DNA from: Girardia tigrina
Taxonomy: Eukaryota
DNA length: 50,929 nt
Assembly (NCBI GenBank): GCA_001938485.1
Contig: MQRK01252856.1
Location: forward strand, 1-50,929
Direction: 5' to 3'
The number at the start of each line of letters is the position of its first letter. Positions within the stretch are counted from its first letter, which is position 1. Positions 11,701-23,700 of the stretch are shown here, piece by piece. Made by a program: the position numbers and the translations under genes. Under the pieces are notes generated by a model. The model was given only the letters and a program-made list of their open reading frames with translations, made no database searches and was not told the DNA's origin.

Positions 11701-14700
11701 TGATCTTTATCGATCATTTTTTGGATCAATTCCATCAACAATTGTTTTAATGTTTCGCTTACTTAATGTTTTTTTTTCACATTTTCATAATAAATTACAG
11801 AACAATCATAGTACAAAATATTTTATATTAATAAAACTTGCAAGTATAGTTTCTATTTAGAAAAATAATCAATACTGAAATACAATTTTATAAGTGGAAA
11901 TTGTAACTATTCAAAGTGTAGTAATGAGGAGAGTCACATCGTGAAGAGACAACGGGAAAATTAAACCTCACAGTAAACATGGGCTAGATACAGCGATAGA
12001 CAACACTTTTCCTTCACGTCGAGTGACAAAACAATAAAAGACAACCTTACTGAGTCACCATGCCAAGTGTATTGAACATTTGCACTTATATCATCTGTCG
12101 TATTTTTCCTATTATAACGCTTTATTCTAATAACAAAAATAGAGAATATTCCACAGCTTCAGGTCTCAGTTATATATCTGAATATCGTACGACATAATTG
12201 AACATAAATCTCATTGTAGCTACTTTTTACTAAAATTTAATTAATCAAATTGTTCAAATAATTTCTTTTTTTATATTATTATACAATCTATCGTTAATTT
12301 ATTGTCTTACAAATGATTAAATTAAAAAAATTAATTAACAGTTGATTTTTAAAATTTTAGTCTATATCCATAAGGGACACTTTTCCGACAAAATACTACA
12401 TTAACCTGTGAAATAAATAACGACTCATCAAAATGTATCTTAAGGAATACGGAACTTAGTCAGGAGACAAAACCCACTTACGAAAGAGGGATTTCAGTAC
12501 CGCGTTCTATTAGGTTTTCTAATGAAATATGTGTCCAGGACTTACTTATCTGATTTTCGTACATTATCTGATTTCATTATCATTTGTCAAACTGTACAAT
12601 CAGGGTATTTTTCTTATATAATTTAATTATTTGATTATTGTATAGTAAAGTTAATCCCATTTTAAAGTTTAAATCATGGGAATCTTGATTTCAATAAAGT
12701 GATATGTAGTGGAAATGTAGTTAAAATATGCCACGAGGATCGTATAATTTCAATATTTGACAACAGATTAATTCTATCTAATTATTTTTTATAGAATCTA
12801 GGAATATTTAGTAGAAAGATGTGAAAGAATCTTCCGAGTATATGTGATAGTTTGTTGTTGGAATATATTGTATCTTCTAGAGTAAATAAAATTAAATCTA
12901 CTTAAGGTGCCGTCTATCATCATTTTAATGTACTATTAAATATTCGTGTATAACGCACGGTTACAAGACACCTCAACACATGACATCTCATCACATCCAA
13001 CTCAACATATGATACTTCAACACGCGACATCTCATCACATTGTTAATTTCAACACATTCACATTACATCACGGATAAATGTTTAAAGTTTTTGAGGTACA
13101 TTTAGAAATTATATATTATTTTTAATATATTATTATAATATACTTATTTTATTTTAATTGTAAAATATATTTTAAATTACCAAACGGTTTTTATTAAAAT
13201 TCATTAATATTATTTTATAACAAGAATTAAATTTTGAGTTTAAACTTAATTTTAAAATGTTTCCGACATTCCAAAACATTCTCAATATTTAAATAACGAA
13301 ATATGTTTAAAATATTTTGAAAGTTTTTTATTAAATTCAATAAAAATAAATAAAATAAAATAAGTATATAATATTACATTAATAACAATATATTATTTTA
13401 ATATACTTATTTCTAAATGTATTTCAAAATTTTAAACATTTAACGGCAATATCATGAGAATGTGTTGAAATTAACAATGCGATGAAGTGTCATGTGATGA
13501 GATGTCAAAAATGCATAAGATTTTTAATTTCACGTTATACATAAGTACAATTTTTATTTGATTACAACTGTTATATGTATGTGTATATGATCTTGAGTAA
13601 AATGGTGTAAGTAATTGTAATATCAATGGAATTGAATATTAATAAAATTAAAGTAATTCGAACGGAAATAAAAGTCACAATATGTTGTAAATAAAGAAAA
13701 TGTTTAATAATTATTTAATAGGATTCATAAAAATCACAAAACCTATTTACTATTCTTGATCAATTATTGAGTTTGAACTGTGTCTAAATTGCGTATCGCT
13801 CACGAAGGATGATTACATGAACATTTTAATGAATTTATTATACAACGATAGTGATGATAAAATACGGTTCAAAATTTGACAGTTTTTATCCAACAATTAA
13901 CACTGTACCAGAATCAGGAGAATACATAATTATCAACATATTGAAGAAATACTGTGAAAGAAATACAATTGGATTTCACTCGACAAATTCGAGAATAGAA
14001 TGAAATCTTTGACACCAGTAACAAAAGCAAACATTCATTTGTTTACAGAAAAAACAACAAGAAAAATCTGATAAAATTAAATTTTGGAAAGTATCATAAA
14101 TACAAGTCAAATAATTTCAGATTATTACACATAATTACTTTAAATATTTATCTATTTTATTGAAATAATTAAAATATTTAAAAAAGTTTTATTAAAATTA
14201 ACATCTCAACCAAAATTTGTTATCTTAGAGTTTGCTTAAACATCTTTCTTGTGAGTAGACGAATACATTTTTCCTTCGATTTTGTGAACTTTAATTTTTT
14301 TATTTTTAGTTAGTCTCTTTTTAATCATTTTTAACTACCATGTTTTTACCTTAAAACTTTTAAATTTAAAAATCACAAATGTACACTCTTAACAAATGTG
14401 CATACAATATATTCAGATTTTTCAACAAAATATTTTTTTAAATCGTACATTTCCTAAATATTTGAAAAAAAAATAAATATCATGTATTAATATTAAAAAA
14501 AATGTACTAAAAATTTAAATTAAAATTTGAAAACTTTTTTTTTAAAGCTGGATTAAACTAAAATGCAAATGAATTAAATTAAACTAATAAGTGTACAATA
14601 TTAGTTATATTTAACGTTGCAGAATTATTTATAATTTATAATATATTTATTGATTGTAATAAATCAATTTATTAATAATTAATTTATAATATAAGCAAAA

Positions 14701-17700
14701 AATTAATTTTATTATTACAAAAATTTGAACAAATGTTCCGATTATTTTCCGAAATCAACAATGATTCGCCGATTTATGTTATTTAAACAATCATTTATTC
14801 ATGTAACTGAATATTTGGTATTATATTTGTTTAAATAAGACAAATATTGCATATATTAATAAATCACTTAAAAATCTTATAACCAATTTTTAACAAGCTA
14901 TCGCGGCACTGAAAACAGTCAAGAATTTCAATAAATATTTACAAATGGATTTATAATTAATTATAACCATACATATATGAATTATAATAACAAATAAAAT
15001 TAAAAAGACCTTCATAGACTAATAATGATCTTTTCACATGTTCTTAGTTAATAAAAGTTTAAAAATTATCAACTTTTATAAACGATGCATTAACATACAA
15101 AATCAGTACCAGGCAACCTATAACCCGTGTGTAACAAAGTGCCCCGCTTACTCATTTGAAGTGACCCACTTATTATTCTTTTTAAAGGTTTTTTATTTTT
15201 TTGATATAAATAATAGATTAACAGCATACTTTGACGAAATAAAATATTTTTCATTGAAATCGAAGAAGTTTATTCCGAGTTTGGTGATGAGACATGTTTC
15301 TTCTTTTCTTAACTAACACAATGAACGAGTATAATAAATTTAATCTACAACTCCATACAATTCTAAAAATGTTCGAGAAATGGAAGAGTTTCTGTTCTAA
15401 ATTATTTTTATTCGAATTGGATATAAAAAACCGTACATTTGAGTTCTTTCCAAAGCTAAAATTAGAACATAAAAAATATTAAAGAAGTCGATTTGAAAAC
15501 ACTTTTGCCCCTTCATATCGACTATTAACTAGGAATTAGCAAAGAGATTTCAAACTCTAAAAAATCATGGACCAATGCTTACTTAATAACGTTGATGAAA
15601 CCATTTTAGAAATACAATATTTTAAGTTTCTTGTAATCCAAAATTATACTTTAGTGTATTTATTTTAAAGGTTCAACTTCATGGACTGATAAATTTTAAT
15701 CATTACGTTATGATTTAAAAAATACAGAACATAATCATCTTGATATAGACGTGCTGGGCGGTATCCCTTCCATCAAAGTTTTTAAATTAAACAAAATTGG
15801 ATTTGCCCGCTTTGGTTCTAGCTATAAATGTGAACAAACATTTTCACAAATGAAATATATTTTAAATGAAAACAGGACGAATGACTACTGAACATTCTGA
15901 TGACTGCGTTCGATTAAAAACGACTGAATATGAACCGGACCTGTTCAAAGTAACTAAAGAGGAACAGCATCAAGGAAGTCATTAATCACAAAGAGTAATG
16001 ATTGTAGATTTGTAAATAAATTACTTTTCTGCTTTTGATTTAATTTATTATTAAATTTTAGTATCGTACATTAAAAATATAAATATTCTAAGTAAGCTTT
16101 TGCACCTAATTTTAGTTTCATATTTTACTACTTTTTAAAATACCCACTGACCCGCCATGTGTTATAACAATTTACATTTTGCCCGAATATTACCCGCGAC
16201 TCAAAAAGGTTGCCGACTGTTGCACAAAATGTTAAAAGCCAATAATTTAAAAAATCAAATTTTTAATTTTTTTTTTAAATAGAAAGTGACCTCCCCTCGT
16301 ATTTTCTATCTTCATTGCTCTTATATTTTCTTATTTGATAGCTTTCTATATTTATTTTTCTAATTTACTTTCTAATTAAACTGCATTTGTTAAGTGTTTA
16401 GAATACGTATGTAAAATTTTAAATTGCTAGCATGATGAAAAAGTGGTAAATTAAAGGTCAAAGTTTTGTACTACATAGACAGAAAGTGTGAGTTTAAAAA
16501 GAAGGTCAATAAAACATAATCGTTTCCAAATCCATGTAAATGAAAACGTAATTATTTATTCAAAATATATGATTGTTTCAAATATTTGAAAAGTGCGTTA
16601 TTATTACAAAAGAGTTATTTAAACAAGAAATTAAATATGCATTATTAAATATCATATGAATATGCTTATTCAAATGCAATATGGAGAGTTTTAATAAGAA
16701 TAATTTTGAATCATTGCATTTAAATATATTTAATTTAATTTAACAGGGCTTTAATAATTGTTTCATATTTATAATTAAAGTTACTAATTAAAACCTGAAA
16801 GTCATTATTTTTTTTCCTGACATATAAATTGAGCTCTTTCAACTTGATTTTGTTTGTTCTGCTATTCTAATACGGAGTCAACGATTTGTCTCTCCAATGT
16901 ACAAGTTTTGGATGTGTAAAAAGAATCATCCAATCATTTTAGAATATTTTGTCGTAGTGGTAATCTGCCTATATCAGAGATGCGCAACATGCGGCCGTGG
17001 AGAAGTGTATGAATTTAATCATTAAATTAAAATTTCAAACATTAATTAAAATTTAAACATTAAATTTTAATGTATAAAGCGGTCATATATATCAAATGTT
17101 TGAGCAGTCTAATGGCTTATGATAGGCAATATCGTCTTGTCTGTGTTTGCGCCCACATTTGCGGCAAGTCGGCTACACATGGCCAATCATCGCTTCGAAA
17201 TACATGCGGCCATAATTCCAGAAGACTTATTGCTTTGTGGCCGTCAACAACAAAAATTTGCAGAATTACAGAACTGATAATGAAACAAGTCGCAAAACTG
17301 CTTTTGTTCTTCGTTTTTATTAAAATTATCATTTAATAAAATTCATGATTAATTTAATAAATTAATTTAATTTATTTATTTTTATTTAATTTATCTATTC
17401 ATATGTAGTTGAACCTGTCTAATCCGTCCCTCTTTAATCTGGCAACCTGTCTAATCCGACAGGTCCGAAAATCCCCATTTTTCAATCACGGTATTTGTTC
17501 TGACTCTCTATTCCGGCATATTTTACAATCACCGGCCATGCCGGAATAGCCAGGTTCTACTGTATTTAAGAAAAATTATATCTGCCAACCCATATGAAAA
17601 ATTGGTAAAAAAATATTTTTCTTTTTCTTTAATAAAATATGAAAATTAAATAAAAATATTCAAAGACTTTAGAAAGAAAACATTTTATCTTTTTGGAAGT

Positions 17701-20700
17701 TATTATCATCATTTAATTTTCCATTTCATATAAACTATAATTATATATTTGTTCTCAAAAAAGATTGAATTTGTTTAAAAATATGAGATAACAAAAGCAA
17801 ATAGATGATAAGAAGTCAAAGGAAATTAATTTCGATATATTTTAAACTGTATTAAATTAAATGATAATTAAATTGTAAATATTAATAAAATATATAAATA
17901 GACAAACTTTTTTGATATTTTGGTGGTAAGTGATTTGAAAAACGAATTGACCGATTTCTTTTTTGATTTTGTTGCTACATCAATCTGTTCAGTTAGGCAT
18001 TCATCTGACGACTTTTTTGAATGACTACTAGCTTTTTTAGGTGGCTGAGGATGACTGATTGATCCACCGAGAGCTATTGGCAAGTTACTGGGCCCACTAG
18101 GACCCCCAACTCCACTTAGGATTTGCTTCTCCAACTGACTTCTTTCACGTTTGTTTTGAGGTACATGTTGTATTGTAGCTCGTTCTGGTGTATTTCTAGA
18201 AAATGGTGACTGTTCACGATTTGTCATAGCTCCAACTGCTTGGACGGGTTCTTCCTTTTTAGTATAAACATTACTGTAACAAGGGGAACCAGTAAATGCC
18301 TGATATGAAGGAACCATGTCGGGCAATCTGAAATATAAATTATACAATTATACAGCTTAAAAATTTTCTACATAGTTTAAATATCGAAACTAAAATAGAA
18401 ATAAAACTAGAAATGAATAGCAAGCATAAGACACCATCTAGACAATATTATAGCAAATAATGTATATATGTATAATATTAGTAGCTGCATAATTAAATCA
18501 GTTAAGTGAATCAGCACGCTAAAAATAATGTGGCCACACCAATGTCTATTAAACAACAGGTCTACCTCAAAGATTGATACCCTTTTGAGGCACGATGGAA
18601 CTTGGTTGATTCATGCGATGTTTCAACATCATTTGAATTATCTGGTTCCCTATAAATAATCAGATATTTCTGATCTACATAATTCTTAATAAGAAGTAAC
18701 AAACAAAAACTAATCTCGTTTATTAGACATGCACAAAAATGGAACATTTTCAATTAACTTACTCAATTAATTTGTCCATTGGTTCGGATATACCAATCTG
18801 TTTGAAGGTATTGGTCACGGATCTCACATTTGACGTATTGGATCGCTGTAATTTTATATTGTATTGATCTTTCTGAGAACTTTCAAGATCGAAATTTCCC
18901 AAATTTAAACTGAAATAAATATTCAAAGACATTAAATAAGCCTATATATTTATTTTAATAATTATATATTTAATCAACTAAATAAATTAAGTGTTGTCAT
19001 CGGGTTTCCTTTCTAGATAATGCAAACGTGGAAATATAGATTTTGAATAAAATACTGATTGAATAATTGATAATAATAATAATGATAATAATTTTTAATG
19101 ATAATGGTCAATATCTTTTTAATGTTTAGAGATGTAAAAATTCAAAAATTTGAATTTAAATGATATAATTTTTCATTTTAATATCAATGATGTAAATGAA
19201 GGGGGTTAGATTATGGGTACATAGGAGACAGAAAAATATAGAATAATCATCGATACCAGCGAGTAGTTAGCATTGAAGCACCAAAACCTGTTCTTAGATG
19301 ACAAAGAAACCTTGACTTGTTATGGTGTTAATAGGATGAAGAGGTAGGGAAAGTGGTATTTAAATCAGTATTTTCTTTTTAAAAAACTGAAATTTCCATT
19401 TTCGCAAACTCTCTATCATCTATATTAGCGGTTCCCAACCTTTTTCATTAGAATACCCCTCTACCTGATTGTTTACTTAGTGGGTACCCCTAACACACAC
19501 AAATAAGAAATCATTTAGTAATTTCAGATATGCAAATATATTTACTTTCAAGACCAGTATTTTTCCCTTAAATAAATGTTTTAAAAATCAGCATACGGTA
19601 CTATTTCCTATTATTTAATCTTTTTAATATAAGAAAATAACCATTTACAATGTGTTTAAAGATTCTTTTGTGTTTTTAGGCTAAATTTGAATTGCATTTT
19701 CCGCCGTAATACACTTTTTGAGTACCCCTAGGGGTACGCGTACCCCAGGTTGGGAACCGCTGCCCCATATCATCATTTTACGGTGTATAGAGCTAATTAT
19801 AATACAGTCAAAAAACCACTGTTTTGAAGTAGTATTTAAGAACGTTATTTCTGTACAAAGATGTATTTTCTACATACAATAATACATTATTGATCTGCAA
19901 TTTCATAAAATTGTTTTAAAAATTACAAAAATATTTGATAAAAAAGAACGTGAAATTTCTAAATTTAAACAAAAATGATTTACAGCATATTTCCAAATGC
20001 AATTGGTGCAACTCAAAGTCTTGAAGGTTTAAATCAGGCGATTTTAATCTGAACTACCCTCTCAAAAACAGATTCTTCATCACAGTTATAAAATAATCTC
20101 TTAAAACAATAACTTGGAACAAATTCAAAGTTTCTACACGATAATTAAAAACAAGAATATGTTCTGACAAAAAGATATTTCGAACAATAATCAGAAGTTT
20201 CGAAAGATCAACAAATCAGAAATTTGGTTACCACATCTACTCTACTGTTAATATTTTCCAGCAGATTTCCATCTGTCATTTTGTATTCCCCAGAGAAGAA
20301 GTGGAACCATGTCTGAATAAGCGGAATATTTTTGAACTTAAAATCAACAATGAGACCATCACGGCAGACGTATACCACCATTTATTTGATCAATTGCGAT
20401 TAGCTATGGCTACTAAGAGACCAGCTTCAGTCAATAATAAAGGAGTCCTACTATAATAAGATAAAATAAGACTGAGAACTGCTCGTGACGGGAATTGAGT
20501 AAGTCATTCCAAAATGTCAATGAGATCAATTAGATTCTTTGAGTCTGAGGATAATAGTTCTAGCAGAAATAGAAGAGCTCTCAAAAAGATGAGATATGTA
20601 TCGATAATGATGACAATTATATAATCACTTTAAATTTTTTTTCAAATTCGATTTTTGAAAATAGTCATGAAACAACGGTTTTTATTCCTTAACTTTACTT

Positions 20701-23700
20701 AGTTAAGATATTTTTAAAAATAAAATTCTACTTCTCTAAAGACAAAATTAAAATAGAAGTTTTGTTAAATGAAAAACTCTATGTATTTTTTAACACTTGA
20801 TGTTGTACATATTATTTTCTTTTCTGATGGATGGAATGTCGGTAATGCAATACAAATAAAATGTTGAATATTTAGGGATAAAAAAATTATAATTAACTTT
20901 TCAAGTTATTTCAGATGTAATCCTACTTGAAAGTTTAGATTTATTCAATCCAATAATACTTTGTCGGATAAAGTAGACAAACCGACGACATACATGTAAA
21001 AACTGTATAATTTAAAACTGAAAAATCTCAAAGAACAAGTTTAGAAAATCATGCTTGAGATCAATGGAACTTCTAAAACCAATTTTTAAAATTTATTCAA
21101 AATATAACAACCCCACATAGAAAAAGAACTACGCGAAAACACTCGGCTAAACCAATGAGTTACAAATATCACTTATTTGTAGACTGGAGTTATTTCATTA
21201 ATTATATTAATCACAATGCGAAAAGGATAATTTTTATCCCTTCAACATAAGTAATACGGACGAACTCGAAAGTTTTCAGTAATTAACGGAAAAACTTGTA
21301 TCTTTCAATAACCGATGCTTTCCCTACTTAGAAAAGCATGGTTCTATAGCTTAACAACAAAGTTCTATGCCTTCAATCAAATTTATAAGGAATATCATCA
21401 TCATTTTTTTACCTTTTCAAATATTGCTTATCCTATAAAAGGAATAAAAGTTACTTTAATTATACATCAATGTCATTTACAGTTTGCAAATGCGGTTTAT
21501 TAGGCCATCAAGTATGAAATATGTAAAACTAAAGTCAAAGCTTATTGATAATTTAGCAACACAAATATTTATATCATTATACCAAAAATGCACCCATATT
21601 ATCGACACACTTTTGCCATTTGAACGATAGCTTGTTGAGGCAATTTGAATAAAAATTTGATGAATGAGAATCTATAAATTCCTGGAAGGCAGTTTTTACA
21701 GAATGCTCGGAATTGAATTTTTTTCTAACAAAAAGTAGTTCAAATTGAGAAAGAAATGTGGTTAGGTCTGATGAGGATGATGATTCAGAAGTTCCAAATT
21801 AAATTTCTGTTGTTTTGTCAAAAACTTGAGTGCAGTATGTGGTTTTGTATTGGTAGTCGACCTGTTTACAAAATGCGGTTGTTTTTCTTTGGGTGTCCAC
21901 ATTATATCTTACAATTGGTTGTATTAGACATCTGCTGTGATAAACGAACCAGTTTTCATGAAGTCGTAATGAATTACACCTGCGACAGACTACTAAACAC
22001 TTATCATCAACTTCTTTTGATGAATGTTGTGGTCTGTACTGTGTTTTGGTGCTTCATTTGTGTCTGCTCAGCTTTCTGAACATTTACGATTTTCATATAG
22101 GATGCAATTTTCATCACAAGTGACGATTCGATTTAAAAACTGATCACATTTATAACGAGAAAGCAAGTAAGTATCCAAACGCTAATGTTTCTGCTTTTCA
22201 TTCAAATTATGTGGAATCCAGTTATCCAAGTTTTTCATTTTACCCATTTGAACAAATCAATTCGATATTATTTGTTTTGTAACATCAATCATTAGTGATA
22301 AATCATCAAAATCTTGTGCTAGATACAACTACACGGTTACCTTCAGTTCGTCATTGTCTACCTACGACCTAGAGACTCTTTACCTTTCACGAATTTCCTG
22401 AACCAATTTCAGACTGACTGCTGCGTAGTTACATTGTATCAGAACACACTATTGATGTTTAACATGGTTTCTGATGCTGAGGTTCCACGTAGGAACTCGT
22501 ACTTCATAATAGTTCGAATTTCTGGTTTTCCATTTTTTGAAATACTGATTTTTAAAACAAGTTAACAATAATTTTAATTAACTTTTATTGACATGTAGCA
22601 ATCAAACAAAAAACTGAGCAACAAAATATTAAGTCATTGTCAAATTATACTATTTGAATTTATTGTAATCATGCCTACAAATTTCATACTTTACCACCTA
22701 ATATTATAATAAAATAAAAATAAAACTGTTCAATGTAAAACCAAAGAAGCATATACCAGTGAATTTCATAAACAGACTACAACAGTTCCAGAGCCATAAA
22801 ATATCCATTTTAAAATCTAAATTGGATCATGTTGAGATACATTTAACAAAAGATATTTTATTTTAGGAATTACAGACGTTTTTCAATCTAATATGCTATT
22901 ATGAATTATTATAGTGTGGAAAAAAATGTTTATTTCTCAATAAAATCTTGAGTACAAACTTCAACTACTACTGATGAAAACATAGCCATTGACTTTTTAA
23001 CGAGATAATATTACAACAAAATAAACCGGTATTAATATATCAGTCCACGAGAAAATATAAAAAGTTTGTGGTGTTGTTTATTCTTTCTTTAAGTTGTTAA
23101 ACTTATCTAAGACCCCCTAGATTAGACAACTGATTAATTAAAATAAATTAATAACAATTTGTGAAAATCAATAAAAAATATTTTACATAAATAAAATCTG
23201 AAAGTTTTCAAAAAAAGATTAAATCAGAAGAAGTTTGGTTGTCCGGTTCAAAAATCAAATCTGCAATTTGACGGAGTCATTCGAAACTATTAGGTCGATG
23301 CATAAGTTTAAGACCTTTGATAAAAAAGGGATATACTTCTTTAATTGTCCCCAGAATCCACGTGTTAATTTTTTTATAATTCTGGAAATGGATACCAATA
23401 AAAATCACATACACCACTGTATATTATTTGTTTAATCTTGTCAAAAAGGCGTCGCGAGAGAAGGACGAAATTTACCAAGCATATGGTACAGGTCCTGTTG
23501 GCCTTACAACGATTAAAGAATGGTACGCCAAGTTCAAGGAGAGCGAATTCAACCTGGAGGACCAGCCACGAAGTGGTAGACCAAAAGAAATGGAGGACGA
23601 AGAGCTTCTGATTCTCTTAGAAAATAATGATGGACAGTCAACCCATGAACTGGCCAAGCGTCAACGTTAATCAGTCGACAGTCCTACGGCGTCTGAAAGC

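Noticed and set aside
12482-12570. Two GTAAGT donor-like sites upstream of exon A
   Set aside because: The candidate exons have stops in the required phase 2 frame.
12977-13060. Short repeated units as a CRISPR-like array
   Set aside because: Eukaryotic context; the units are irregular subterminal repeats of an inverted-repeat element with no unique spacers.
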